The notes beneath the pieces were generated by a model. It did not search any database. It was not told where the DNA came from and saw only the letters and a program-made list of their open reading frames with translations. Below are positions 31,777 through 45,810 of a stretch of 64,000 nt of DNA, in pieces. The DNA comes from the human T2T-CHM13v2.0 reference genome, Homo sapiens. The stretch lies in NCBI RefSeq assembly GCF_009914755.1, contig NC_060928.1; one strand, given 5' to 3'. The number at the start of each line of letters is the position of its first letter. The first letter of the stretch is position 1. A program made the translations under genes and the position numbers.

Positions 31777-34700
31777 ATGTCTGTGGTCCAAACCAGGACC
31801 ATAAATTCATTCAGAAATACTTACTGCACCCTGCGCTGAGGAAGACCATGGGATTGCTGCAATTCCATATGGTAGCCTTAATTGCTAGCTTTATTTTATT
31901 CACAGCTCATTGTCATGTTCAAGACACTCTCTCTGAGTAGTGCTTTACCATTTTGTGGAGCTTTCACTTACATTATTTCACTTACCATGGCAATCAAGGT
32001 GTGTCAACTTTATATGTAAGGAATCTGTTCATCCGATACACTATTCAGTCTTGTTCCAAGACTGACTTTTATTTCAGAATAAGATTCTGTCCTGTTCTTT
32101 TTGTTTCTTCATGACATACATTATCAGTTTTTCTGTTTATTGATTGTTCATTTATTCATTCATAATCTTATTGAATACCTCCTCTGTGCTACCCATAATA
32201 CACACTTCTAGGGATATAGTGGTGGACAAGGCTCTGGTTTTTATGAGTTTTATGTCATGTTCAGTTGCATTCCTTGGTGATTTTTGTGTCGTAGAGAGCA
32301 GATATGAAGGAAGAAATCAATAAAATAAGAGTACAGCAAAATTAAAAGAGAAAATGTTATATATCAGTTGAAGGATTTAAATACATGAATTTATGGAGCA
32401 AATACCTGTACATAAAAAAAACTTTGAAAGGTAATAGTAGAAAAGTAGTATGGTGAAGTACAAAATAGAGTGTAACTCAATTATGTCAGCCACAGGTGAA
32501 TTACTCAGTCCTTTAACAAAGATTTATTAAGCCTATAATCCTAGGATTATTAGTAATAAAATGAGTGTGGGGAGAAGGATGGGCTCATAAGATCAATTCT
32601 TGCACCTCCCATGACCATAGCTGGGTGCTCCACCTGCTGTATTCCTAAGTAAAGGCAATTTGCAGGCCATTCTAATTTCCTTTTAAGTACCCCACAAATC
32701 CTTCATGAGGTGGATTGCTGCCAATAGCATTCTATAACATTTGGGTTGAGTGGAAGATGTCTTAGTAGTATTGCTTTGAATAATTTCATACCTATAATTA
32801 AAGGCAAGAGGCTATGGAGCTTTTAAGAAACTAATGTTACACACCGCATGAGGTCATTGAAACATGAGCCCAGGAGCCCTATAGATAAGTGGCATTCAGT
32901 ATATGCCACTTAAATACCAAAGCAATGAAGTGCATTGGTCTTACTTAATACAGTGTGGGCAGAGGCCTTAAAAATAAAAGAGGAACTAATTTTCTTATTT
33001 CAAAATGAAATGCAATGGGACAATTTTACTCTTAAAAAACTGCATACTGGGTGTCAGCATGAACATCATACTTTCTATAATATCATTGACAACTGCCTAT
33101 CAACACCAAGCAGCTATCTCTATTCTTTGCTGGGTAAGCAACAAATGAATGTAATAAATGGTTATGTTACAGGTTTATTTCAATGTAGTTTAAGCCATAA
33201 TTTTGGAGATACAGTGGAAATAAGTGTATTAAAATGTGAGATAAAATATGTCTTACAAAACTATTTAGTAATTGGACAACTGTTTGAAGACCTTGAGTGT
33301 CATTTGATGAATCAGACACTTCAACAATTGATTTCTGGGGTTGGGATGCTGAGGATTGAGCGTGACATTTTCCTCCTATTTATTTCTGTTTTCTTAGGTC
33401 AGGGAACACGTTTCAGAACCATGTCTTTAGAATAATAGACTTAGGATTGGGTCACAAATTTGAAGTTGGAATGGAAAAATGTTATTTGTTCATTCATCAT
33501 TAATTCATTTAAGAAGCACTTGCTGATGCTTTGTTAAGTAGTGTTCCAGGCACTGCATTAGACCCTGAGGACACAGTGGTGAGCAAGACTTTCAGTTATG
33601 GAGAGAGTGCTCTCAGCACTCCTTGGCAGTGTGTACCTATGGGATAGATCTGTGATCTTTCTGAAAGATGGGGCAGTGGCTGTTAATGACATCTTGTTTG
33701 GGAGATAATAGTAAGTCCATGATGTTGATAGAGGGTTGAATCAATCTTTCCTGGCACTGTCACCTGGAAGCCCAGACTTAGTAATGTGTAATAACTCATT
33801 CAGGCTTCAAACAGGAGGTTTCCCTGCCCGGTGTAACATACAGTGAGAATGGATCTGAGAAAATCCAGATGCTGCCTGAGTAAAGTGCTGAAAATGCCAA
33901 ACAGGGCCCAAAGGACCTTGCATGCACCCTTAGAAATAAGGCTTTAGAACCAGAGCAGACACAGAGGTTGGAGAATCTACTTTCCACAGAAGTACTTGTA
34001 GGAGCTCTCCCTAGGAAGACCTCCCCACTCCACACTTTATTAGCAAATTCCTGACATTTCACTTTTAGAATTTTACTCAGACTGAAGTTGAAGGATGTTA
34101 GAATGCAAATGCACATAATTCAGAGCAGTAACCCCATAGCATGAATGAGGTTTTAGATTCTTCCTGAAAGTCATATGGGTAGAGGGAGCAATGCAGACTC
34201 GTAGGGCCCTTAGTACATGATCAGGGTTGGCAGGTTTTGTAAGGAAGGCTTTTTTTTTTTTATCTGAGCTGGATAGTCAAGGGCAGGAAACCAGGTTTCG
34301 CCTATTCCACTGTTGTGTTTGGCATGAACACAGTCTTACTGGCCTGTGAGAGAGTTGTGGTTTTCTAAGGCAGCTTCACCTTAGAAATGGTTATCTTTGA
34401 TCCAAGATCTATTTATGTCTATACTGTTCTATTTATGTCTAGACTGTTGCTTATGACACCTCCTTGCTGCAAATCATTGACTTGCTGTGATGTGACTAAT
34501 TTATGTTTTTTCTTAGTTTGATTTGAAATTTCCTAACTGGAAAAAAAAAGTTTGTGGAGGAGGCAGGGAAGGAAAAATAAAAGAAAAACTTGCTAATTTT
34601 CTTTGATTGGAAAAATATATTTCTTCTAGATGTTCTAAGAATGATGGCATAATTTAGTACTTTTTATTGATAATTTGGCAGAAAGCTTAGGATGTTCATA

Positions 34701-35596
34701 GGTTTCCCAAAATATCTTCTGAAAGATAACTAATAACTGGTACTTAATCCAGCATTTACCATGTACCCGACATTGTGCCAAAACTTTACATTATTAAACC
34801 CATTTCACACAGGGAGAAGCTGAGGCTTAAGGTTATTATTAAGTAATCTGCCTCAGGTCACATAGCTAGTAAATGTTGGAGTGAAGGTTCAAACCCAGGT
34901 TTTCTGATATTCAACCCACCCTCTTGTCAATAACTCTATAGGATGTTAGTAAGATTTAGAGTGAAATGAGTCCTATGGTCAGACAGGCCTGGAAAACACT
35001 GAGGTAAGAGTGAGTTTAACAGGTCTTCTCCTAATCCTCTACTGTGCATGAGAATCTTTAAGAAGAAGAATGTAATATGCAGCATTCTCCAAACTGATTT
35101 CACCAAGGAACCCCTTTCTTCATGAAGCTCTTGCCACTGTACTGTGCCAGAAGATCTGTTTTAGAAAATGCTTCCTTGGGACCTGTTTCCTTCGAATTAA
35201 AGATGTTGCTGACCATTTGGAGTTATGTTTTATCACCAGATAAACAGTTTTCACCCAACAAATTATCTACTAAAGGCCAAAACCTTTTACAGAAATCTCT
35301 TCTTTATATCTATGTTTCCCTTTCGTCTATTCTATCTTTTCCTTTCATCTATTTTCTACACCCTTCTATTAACTGTATCATAAAATAAAATTCACTTGAG
35401 CCCTAATATTTATGTCAGTGTTGTTTTTCCTGTGTTTCTATTTTTCCTTAAGTCCCTTACCCTATTGTACCTTTTCATCTTCACTTCTATTTTTTCTCCC
35501 TGCTTCTCTTATAATTTCTTTCTTTCTCATGGTTTGAGTTTTCCTAATTAATCTCCCTGATGCAAATCCATTTATGCTTCTTAAATACAGGCACCC

Positions 35597-36015
35597 ATAA
35601 GCCAGATGCAGAAAGACAAAAATATCACATGTTCTCACTCATGGGGGAGCTAAAAGTAGTTGATCTCATGGAGGTAGAAAGTAGAATGATAGTTACTAGT
35701 GGCTGGGATGGGTGTGTGTGTTTTGGGGGGATTGTGGGGAGATAAAGAGAGGTGAGTTAATCAGTACAAACATACATGCAGATAGAATAAGTTCTAATGT
35801 TCAGTAACACATTAGGGTGACTACAGTTAATAACAATATATATTTCAAAATAGCTAGAAGAGAGGGTTTGCAATGTTCCCAACACAACAAAATGATAAAT
35901 GCTCGAGGTGATGGATATCCTAAATACCATGACTTGATTATTACACATTCTATGCATGTAACAAAATATGATATGTACCTCATAAATATGCAGAAATATT
36001 AGGCATCAAAAAATT
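35597..36015 (+). mobile_element. L1MA 3' end fragment
   Basis: cagaaagacaaa..atgttctcactc, ttcaaaatagctagaagagagg motifs. Confidence 0.85.
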
Positions 36016-37792
36016 TATGAAAAAATACAGACACCTAATCTTAAATGGAATTATGAGCCAATGAAAGTGACAAATACACATTATTCAAAATTAGGACACA
36101 CTAAATAGCATTTCATGTGAAGATTCATTTATATCATAATTCATGAATGCATTTTATGAACATTTCAAATTATGTTTCACATTTAAAAAATATATGGGTT
36201 ATTAAAAAGTGACAAGTTTTAAGATGAATTACACTTCCAATAAGTCTGAGCTTTGAATATACTTAGATTTTGAGTAACTTCAATGAAAATGTTGACTAGT
36301 ATTTTCAAAGTTTGTTTGATGATGAAAATCACTTGGCTTGATTATTAGAGGTAAACTCTTGGATCCCACCTCAAGCTCCCTGGATCAAAGTCTCCAGGGA
36401 CATCTGTATTTTCAACATCAGTAGCCAAGTGTGAAAAACACTAGTCTGGACCATCCTTAATGCCCGACAAGGAGAATATTGCAAAAATAAATTATTGCAT
36501 ATATGATGGGGCAGCATCATACATGCAATAGATGGAAATTTCTAAATGGAAAATGATGTCTCCGTTTAAAAGACTCTCAGAATGTTATTTGCTACAATCC
36601 AGAAATAGATAATTTACTGAAAATTCATATGTAAATAGCTAATTATGGGCTATGCAATTAAATTTTCAATAAAAGGAGAAGGATGAGAAAGTATAGTACT
36701 TCTGTCTTCCCTAGAGGTAAAAATTTGCTTATCTTGTGGTTTATATTTGGACAGCTTCTTTGTTGAACTGACAGAATATGTTTTCTTACTAAACTTATAA
36801 GTCATTTCCTTCCATCTTACAAGTCTGTGTTCACTATGTGTCATTGAGATTTGCAGTCATAGACTTAGAATAATGAGTCCCTATTGGTCATTGTTTGATT
36901 AGTCATGGTCATCTGCCAAATAGAGCTAGATGTCACCTGGATGATTCAGATTTGGGAACATCTTTATAGTTATTCATATGAGTCTCTAGAGAAAAATCTA
37001 AAATGGAGTGAAACTGACATTCAAATATTAGATCTCACAGGTGGCCTACCTCAACTAAAATTTTCCCAAACACTGAATAGAAAAATTTGGCTTTTTCTGT
37101 TTACTTGGCAAATGTTCCAAAGATAATACTTGAATTGAACTTGTTGCAATTTCCATTCATGAAAATTGAAGCATTTTTCTTCTTTTCAAGTCTGGGTATA
37201 ATTTCTTATCATTACAGTATCTTAGTGTTGACAAGTACGTTCTGAAAATCTCCAGGAAAGGGCCAAAAGTAACTCCACTTGGAGTGTGCCAGCGTTTCAA
37301 ATACATTGGCTAATAGATCTAAGAGATGCCTTGGTGGCAATGACAGATTTTCCTCTTTGTGTTTTCCTTGACTGAATTAAACTTTTCTTCATCAAATAGC
37401 CAAAGGTGATAATGTAAGATAAAATGACACTGATTACTGGAAACCAAAGTTGTACAATTTCCTGGGATGAGCTCTCCCTCTGTAACCAAACTTGATCGAC
37501 AATTGGAGGAAATTCTAGGGACATAAATCAGTTCCCATCATTGATCCTATTAGGGTCTCTCTAGTTCACCTAGGCCTGGTGTTTCCCTGGGAAATGTATG
37601 GAGTTAGCCATGAGATGGCAATGTTGCTTAGGAAATGAGAGGATACCAGCAGTTAGTAATAAGATTCAAATTGGGAAACAAATAGCAACTCCTCAGATAA
37701 AATTTATAACTTAATTACTGGTCTTACTGCTCTCCATGAATTTGGATAATAAATTGATGGAGGGTAGCCAGGGATAAAATAAAAAGTGTGAT

Positions 37793-37990
37793 AGAAAATT
37801 TGAAGTGTTAAATAACTATATATGTAATAAAGGATTTATGCATTTGATCCCATTAAGGCAATTAAAAAAAAAGAGAGAAAAAAATAAAAATAAAAATAAA
37901 AAATAAAAAAATGTGAAAAAAAAAGAAAATGTGGAGTGTTAAATAACTGTATATGTAGTAAAGGATTTATGCATTTGTTCCCATTAAGGC
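37793..37990. repeat. 67-bp direct repeat flanking an A-rich tract
   Basis: 37793-37859 vs 37924-37990, 5 mismatches. Confidence 0.9.
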
Positions 37991-38705
37991 TCAGGAGGCA
38001 GCTTTTCTGCTAGAACATTTTTTTTTGCTACTTTAAAAAAATCCCCTTATGCAAACCAATACCATCATCTTGTCAACTTGGAGTTCTTATTGCAATTTGT
38101 TAACAAATGTTTTGGATGTAGGTCTTTGCTCTTAAACATGGAAAAAAGGAGAAAATAATGGTTTCTTTCATGATCCTCTATGATTTCCAAGATTTTCAAA
38201 TGATTAATATTTTACATGACCCAAACTCAATTTCAGAAACTCTTAGGGTTATTTCAAGTAAGTGTTTTAGTTTTCCCCTAAAAGATGGAATAATATTGCT
38301 AAGCAACTCTCAAAGAAATTGTAGGAACTTGCCAGAGTGAAATTCCTAGAGTACTTGAAAGAGGCACAATTCTGTATGAAGGCAAAAAAAATATAGAGTT
38401 AATAATAATTTTTTTTTAAAAAAATCTCTGCAGAAAGAAATATTTCAACTCTGTGGGTTTTATTGAGAGTAGTGAGTGTGGTATCTACTTTATTATTTCT
38501 CTAGCCATGCTTTGAGGGCAGCAGATTGTGGATGCTCTGTGCAAAGTTCAGGACTCCAGGTAATGAAGTCTGCAAGGTATGGCTGAGCCAAAGGTACTGC
38601 GTTTTCACTGGGCTGGTTCCCCTCAGGTTTAGACCAACAGACCTTCCAGGACTGGCTTAAGGAGTGTGGGATTGAGTCCATTCTGCACGAACACACAGAC
38701 GTGAG

Positions 38706-38729
38706 CACACACACACACACACACACACA
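38706..38729. repeat. (CA)n microsatellite
   Basis: Direct reading. Confidence 0.95.
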
Positions 38730-41700
38730 TTACCACAGATACTGTCAAACTGAAAAGGCCCAAGATGTGGCTGTGGGCAGTTTTACTTTGAATATGTAAA
38801 ACATTCCAGCTAGAAAGTCTGTTTTTTTTTTTTTTTTTTTGAGAGGGAGGGTTCAAAGAGAGAAGCTACTCACACCTTGAGTCTTAAAAGAAAAAAATCA
38901 CTCACTCATGAAGTAAAATATCTTCCCCTTCTTAGAGTAGTGTCTGAGTTGAGTTGATGCCAACTTTAAAATAACCCTCAGGCCAGAAACTTCAGAAGAA
39001 GGACCCTGGAGATCTTATTTCTGTAGAGGGATGTAGGGCCTGTAGGGAGACTTGTGTCAGGAATAAAAGGGTATAGAAAAAAGACCAGAAATGACTCCCT
39101 GAGGTTGACCCTTGTTAAGGTGCCATCTTGCAGATATAGGGTGTTGATCTGTCTTCCTTACCTTCTCTCCCTTCTCCTTTCCTCCCTACTTGGATTTTGC
39201 CCTAACTGGGAAAAATCTCTCACTGCAACCAGACTTTCCTACCAGAGGTGGAAATTCTCTCTGAGCACTGGAAGGAAGCAGAAATTGATTTGGGTGGGCA
39301 AGAAAGAAGGCTGTAGATGAGTCAGTGTGAGGGGCGTATTTGAAGTGGAAAGAGACAGGGGAGAGAGAGAGATACTGGAGTAAATATAGGTAGATTAGAA
39401 GGATGGCAGATAACTGGGTTATCCCATCCCCATTCTCCAGAATTGCTGAGCCCTGCATAGCTCTGTTACTCAGGGAGAACCAACTCCTGACCCGCCGAGC
39501 CGCATGGTCAGGCTGTTTGTTCTGTGGAACTAGTGCCCAAGCCTTGGATTCAGGCCATTGAGGTGAGAACTTCTGCTCTGCCCATGGCTTCCTTTGTGAA
39601 CTTATGTGAGTCACTTAACTTCCCAGAGACTCACTTTCTTGATGAACAAAATGGAACATCTGTGGGAGCTGAATTTGAAACAATACAGAAGATGTGTTAA
39701 ATAAGCAGGCTGAGAACGCAAATTTCTATAGAACGTCAAAGAAGCAGCTATAAAGTGACAAGTTGTTTCTTGCTGGAGTTGCTGAGCATTTCACTGCTCT
39801 GTGGACCTACCCTCCCCAAACCCAATCCCTTTCTCCCTTGTAGCCACTGCTCATTTCTTTGAGTTCCCTGGGCCTCCAGCCTTCAGTTCCTGGGTATGGA
39901 CCATCATGGGCATTTCCAAGAATCCTGGGACTTTACCTGGGAGAAGCTGCCAGTGAAGGCAGGACACTATGTTAGCCAAGGAAAAACATGAAGAGTGTAC
40001 AGGTTACCAGGGCAGGCCTGGTTCTCATACCAGCTGTGGTGAAAGCACATCGTTGCTGTTTCTTTTGAAAGTGTTAACATTTTTGAAAAGAACTAATTAA
40101 GAGCCATGCATAAGAGAAAGAAGTAAAATTATTTTAACAGGAAGGGGAGCAGATAGCTCTAAAAAACAGAGTACGCTGCTGTAATAATACTCTTTCTACT
40201 TTGAAATATTTCACATTATTATAAGAGACAAGCAAAAGTGTATGAAGTAAGGAAACTACCTCTAAAGCTTTTTTTCTCCTACAACATAAAGAATTCATGA
40301 CCATTTAAGACAAAAATCCATGCACCAATTCATCCTGTAATGAGACTTCTCTGCAAGGCTCTCTCCTTCCTATATCTGTAGAAGTAACCAGAATAATTTA
40401 TGGTCTGGTCTGGCCTGGAGCTCTGATGACAGGAAGAGAAGCTCCATTTCCTCTTTGTATGGCTAGTTCTTGCATCAAATGAAAGTGTTTCCTAGGAGAA
40501 GTGTTTTGTCTGGTCCTAACGGAATTCAAAAGCTAAAGGCATTATCTTTCCCACTCTGCAGATGCAAAAGCTTAACAAAATGAGAATGGTCACAGCTTCA
40601 CCCCTCCTTTGCTATTAAAACATATGACAGCAAAGAGTCCCACACTAATTGTGTTTGGGGAAACTTTAGAAAAAATTTGCCTCAGTCATGTGCTATTTTA
40701 ATACTTAGTTTGCTAAATCCCTTGCCTGACTGGACTCACTTTTAATAATTAAAAACTCAATTAACTCAAATATATAAGCACAGGCACTGTGCAAGCTCAG
40801 ATTTCATTTGGAGCCCAAACTGGAGGAACAGCAGACAGTTTATGGGCTCTGCCTTTTTTTCAGCATGAACCTGCAGGGGCTTGTTACCCAGCCTCCGTCT
40901 CTCTGCCTGCCATATGCTTTCCTCACAGTGACTTTAATCAAGACCAGACTTAGCCTGATGTGAAATAAGATCTGAAGGCCCCGAGAAGTCATCCTAATGA
41001 AACTCGAGCCACTGGAGCACACAGCCCAGGAGAAGCTGATTTAGAAACATTTTAATTCCAGATTTCCAGCCCATCTTAAAGGGAACACAGCTCAAATTTT
41101 TGGACGCTAAAAAGTTGCATAAGATCTTCGGGCTTCTTGTGAACTGGAACCTGGCTACATAACCATTTCAGGAAGTCAGAAGACGTTTTGGAGGATCATA
41201 AGTTTGGGTTTGCAATCAATAGGTTGCAATGGGGTTTATGCATGCTTTTCCAGTAAATAGGTTTGCCCTGGAAAATGGTTTATGGAGACTTATCAATGTA
41301 GATATTATTCTGATTAAAATATGTAGTGAAATAGTCTTTAGTGTCAAGAACTTGGGATTTAAATTTCCACCAGGTCAAGATGACAAAAAGGCTCTTATTT
41401 AGAAGACATGCTTTTGAAAGTAAATAGTTCAGTGCAAGTTAAGAATTTGTGTTATTCATACCTCATCTAGAAACCTCAGATGGATTCTATTTTTTTTTTC
41501 ATACGACTACTTTACAAATCTTGAATCGCAAACTTCTGTAAATTGCAGAGGCTGCTGGGAAAATACACACACTGTGGCCCACATATTCATTCTGTCTGGA
41601 CACAAGTTCCCTCTGATAGGGTCAAATACCTGTGGTTTGTATTCATCTGGGGGCAGGGTGAATGGAACCAGCTGGGAGGTTTTGGTAGGAAATTCTGGAT

Positions 41701-42082
41701 TAAACACAATGGTTGTGGAATTCAGATCTCATCTGGAGTTCCCTGGACTTTTATAATCTAGATAAGAATGGCCCAAGCCCCCAAATAAGGACCAGGAAAG
41801 TTCGATGCCCAGCCAAAATTCTGAAATTCACTGTCACCTCTGGCTCTGAGTTCCTGTGTCCTCTGAAGTTTTGTTTTATACTTTGCATCTTAAAGCTGTT
41901 TCAATGTTTCTTCCCCATATTACCCCAAACTTGAGGTCTTCTTGATTTTTCTCCTCCAAACAATTGTTAAGTACACGGCTGTAGACTGTAGCAGGACTTT
42001 TACCAAAGTTCTTCATGTTACCAGGAGGGGGCTTCATATCACCACACTGCATGGGAATCAGCATAAAATTATATATTAGATA

Positions 42083-42521
42083 CAGCTGACCCTTGAACAC
42101 TGTGGATTTGAACTGCATGAGTTCACTTATACATGGATATTCTTCCACCTTTGCCACTCCTTAGACAGCAAGCCAACCTCTCCTCTTCCTCCTCCTTAAC
42201 CTACTCAACATGAAGACAAGGAGGATAAAGAACATATTTAGATGATCCTCTTCCACTTAATGAATAGTAAATGTATTTTCTCTTCCTTATTATTTTCTTA
42301 ATAATATTTTATTTTCTCTAGCTTACTTTATTGTAAGAATTAGCATGTAGTACATATAACATACAAATTATGTGTTAATTGACTGTTCATGTCATTGGTA
42401 AGGCTTCCCATCAACAGTAGGCTTTTAGCAGTTAAGTTTTTGGGGAGTTAAAAGTTATACATGGATTTTCAACTGTGCAGGAGGTGAGCATCCCTAACTC
42501 TCCTGTTGTTCGAGTTAACTG
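42083..42521 (+). mobile_element. Tigger2a-like Tc1/mariner MITE
   Basis: TIR cagctgacccttgaaca ... tgttcgagttaactg flanked by TA; ~439 bp. Confidence 0.85.
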
Positions 42522-43141
42522 TAGTCTTATTCTTAAATGTTGTTTTAAGACATCCAGCACCATCATGATGTCTCACTAGCTCTGCCACCACCATGGACTC
42601 TGCATAATGCCTATGCTTCTTGCCACTTTGCTAGCTCCTCTTCCAATTTTAATTTGTCTTCTTAATTTCCTTTTTCTTTAATTTCCACTTATCTCCCAGA
42701 TTGCTCCCAGGGATTCTATATTTCTCTAACTCAGTTCTCTCCAATCCTTATTCCCAACTTAGATCCAGGCCTACCTTTTCATGTCCAAATTTCACATGGT
42801 GTTTGGTTGAATAAAAGTGTCATTCCTTTCACTGGACCCTTGTCCTTACAAGGCAGGGGAGGTATTTTTCAAAGCATTTCTTCCTTCAGGTATACCTAAG
42901 AAGTCACAGTTGAAAGCCATTCCTCAAAAAACTGGGAATGAAGCCAATTAGTGTTTTTATGTTCAAAACCAACAGCAACTAGAAGCTGATGGGTCACTTT
43001 CTTTGGAAGCCAACAAAGGTACAATGGACCTGATCACTGAATACCAGAAATGGCAGAAGAAGTGATAAAGTGATGGAACTCTTGAATGTTGGAGTATGTT
43101 CTCAAACAAAGCTAAGAAAATTGCTCCCCAGAAGCTTTTAA

Positions 43142-43477
<336 letters not shown>

Positions 43478-44040
43478 TGACTGCAGGGAATGAGTTAGGG
43501 ACAGATAGATGGGTCGCTCTGAAGAGACCTTCTCAGAGACCAGAGATTGGCTATGCTGGCCCCTTGGCCTCATCATTAGGTCAGAGTCAAGGTGTCCTGG
43601 TGGTCTTGTTGATGCTCAAAGTAGAGAGGCCCTTATGAACTCAAAGCACTTTGGGAGGAGTTTTCAAGCTGAAAAGCATCAACCCAGGGAACTGCCTAGT
43701 TTAAGGTTCTCCACATTCCAGGTCAGGACTTCCCATATATATGTTCAGCACAGTTCTGAGGCAGCAAGATATTTTAGTCACCATTGTATTTTAAGACCTA
43801 GCTGAGCTGTTTCATATTTACTGCTGAACTCCACACTTCCCCTGCAAGACTCCTAGCCAGGGCTAGGGGCATCTCTGGGAGGGAGTACAGTAAAATCTCA
43901 AATACTTCTGGGGCCAGAGAGATAATGTAAATAAGGAAATTGGACCAGGTTCTATACAATAAGGAGTAGTGAGGACTCTGGAGAAGTGAAATTTTATGCC
44001 CTAATGGAACAGCTGCTACCTCACTTTAGCCAATCATTGC

Positions 44041-44417
44041 TGCTATGGATTGAATGTTTGTGTCCTCAGCAAAATTCCTAAGTTAAAACCATACCCCCCA
44101 ATATGATGGTATTTGGAAGTAGGGCCTTTGGGAGTTAATTAGGTTTAGATGTGTTCATGCGGGTGGGACCCCATGATGGGACTGGTGTCCTAGTTAGAAG
44201 AGGAGGAGAGACCAGAGCTCCCTCCCTCTGCCATATGAGGACACAGAGACAAGGCAACAGCTGTTGCCAGCCAGGAAGAGAGTCCTTACCAGAAACTGAA
44301 TCTGCCAGCACCTGGATCTTGGACTTCCCAGCCTCCAGAACTGTGAGAAATAAACATCTGTTGTTTAAGCCATGCATCTCTAGTATTTCGTAGTATCAGC
44401 CCAAGCTGACTAAGACA
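44041..44417 (+). mobile_element. MaLR solo LTR (MLT1A-like)
   Basis: TG...CA ends (tgctatggattgaatgtttgtgtcc ... ctgactaagaca); perfect 5-bp TSD attgc. Confidence 0.88.
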
Positions 44418-44849
44418 ATTGCCCTGTGGGAATGCAGGCCTACAATTGCCACACACTACAATTTTTAAAGAAAGGCTGAAATGTTCTGGTATTTACACTA
44501 GGTGAGCCAAATGTAACAAAGCTGTAGGCTGAATGTGGCCTCTGCCTCACCACTTTGCAACTTTTCCCATGGTAGTTAAGAGTTTAGGCTCTAAAATAAG
44601 ATAGGCCTGAGTTTCTCAAACCCCAGCACTTACCATGTGTCCTTGGGCCAATTAACTTATCTTCTCTGAGCTCAGTTCTCTCATCTATATAGATGAGCAT
44701 AATAGTAGCTATTTGCTATATACTATATAGCATATATATATATATATATATATATATGCCATATACTGAGCATAATAGTAGCATCCGACTGGGTTAAAGG
44801 AGATAATTTAGGAAATGTAACACAGTGCTAGACACATAGAACACGATAA

Positions 44850-45215
44850 AATGAGCCAATCTGTAAAAGCTATATACCATATGATTCCAACTATATGAAG
44901 TTCTGGAAAAGGCAAAGCTGTGGAGGTTCTAAAAAGGTCAGTGGTTGTCAGGGATTCATGGGGAGAGGAAAGAAGGATGAATAGGTGGAGCACCAGGGAT
45001 TTTTTTAGGGTAGTGATACTATTCTTATGATTCTATAACATGAATACACGTCATTATACATTTGTCAAAACCCATAGAATATACAACATGGAGAATCCTA
45101 TTGTAACTAGGGACTTCATTTAATAATAATGTATCAATATTAGCTCATCACTTGTAACAAATGTACCACACTAATGCAACGTAGTAACTTAAGAGAGAGG
45201 GAGTATGTGGGGAAA
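44850..45215 (+). mobile_element. Old L1M 3' fragment
   Basis: atatgattccaactatatga, cattatacatttgtcaaaacccataga motifs. Confidence 0.75.
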
Positions 45216-45269
45216 ATGTGAAAATGAATGATAGTTATTGATGATGAAGATGGTTATGATGATTATGTT

Positions 45270-45810
45270 TGTACTAGTTAGTTATTGCTGCATATCAAGG
45301 CACCCTAAACTTTAGTGGTTTAAGACAATAAATATTATTACTCACAAGTCAATGGGGCCAGTCAACTGGGTATTCTGATAATTTGAGCCAGGTTTGGCTG
45401 ATCTCAGCTGGGCTGCACATGTGTCGCCAGTCAGGTGCAGATCAACAAGCTCATCTTGGTGGACTTTGTCACATGGGGCTCTTGTACCATGTACCACATG
45501 TACTGCATGTACCAGCTCAGGTCTTAGTGGTACAGTGGGGCTGGCTGACCCTGGAACCCTTGTTCTGTCATTCTCCAGCAGCTAGCCTGGGTTGTTCACA
45601 AGGGTCAAAGAAAGGACAAGCGTGCAAGGCCTAGCACACTGTTGCTTCTTCCATATTCTATTGGCCAAACAAGTTACAAGCCCAGTCCAGGTCCAAGGAC
45701 TGGGGTGACAGACCACGCCTCTTGATGATAGGAGCTGCAACATTGCACTACAAAGGTCTTGGATGCAAGGAGGGGAATAACTGCTGCCATTTTCACTCAG
45801 ACAATCTACC
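45270..45810 (-). mobile_element. Old MLT1 LTR
   Basis: tattgctgcat..cttagtggtttaagacaa..ctcaca and ccatattctattggccaaa motifs. Confidence 0.7.

Noticed and set aside
32935-33435. 166-aa + strand ORF
   Set aside because: TTG start, no recognisable domain or splice context; consistent with chance
34408-34449. Small 20-bp tandem duplication (similar ones at ~5114, ~7922, ~10270, ~58533)
   Set aside because: Common slippage products with no added structure
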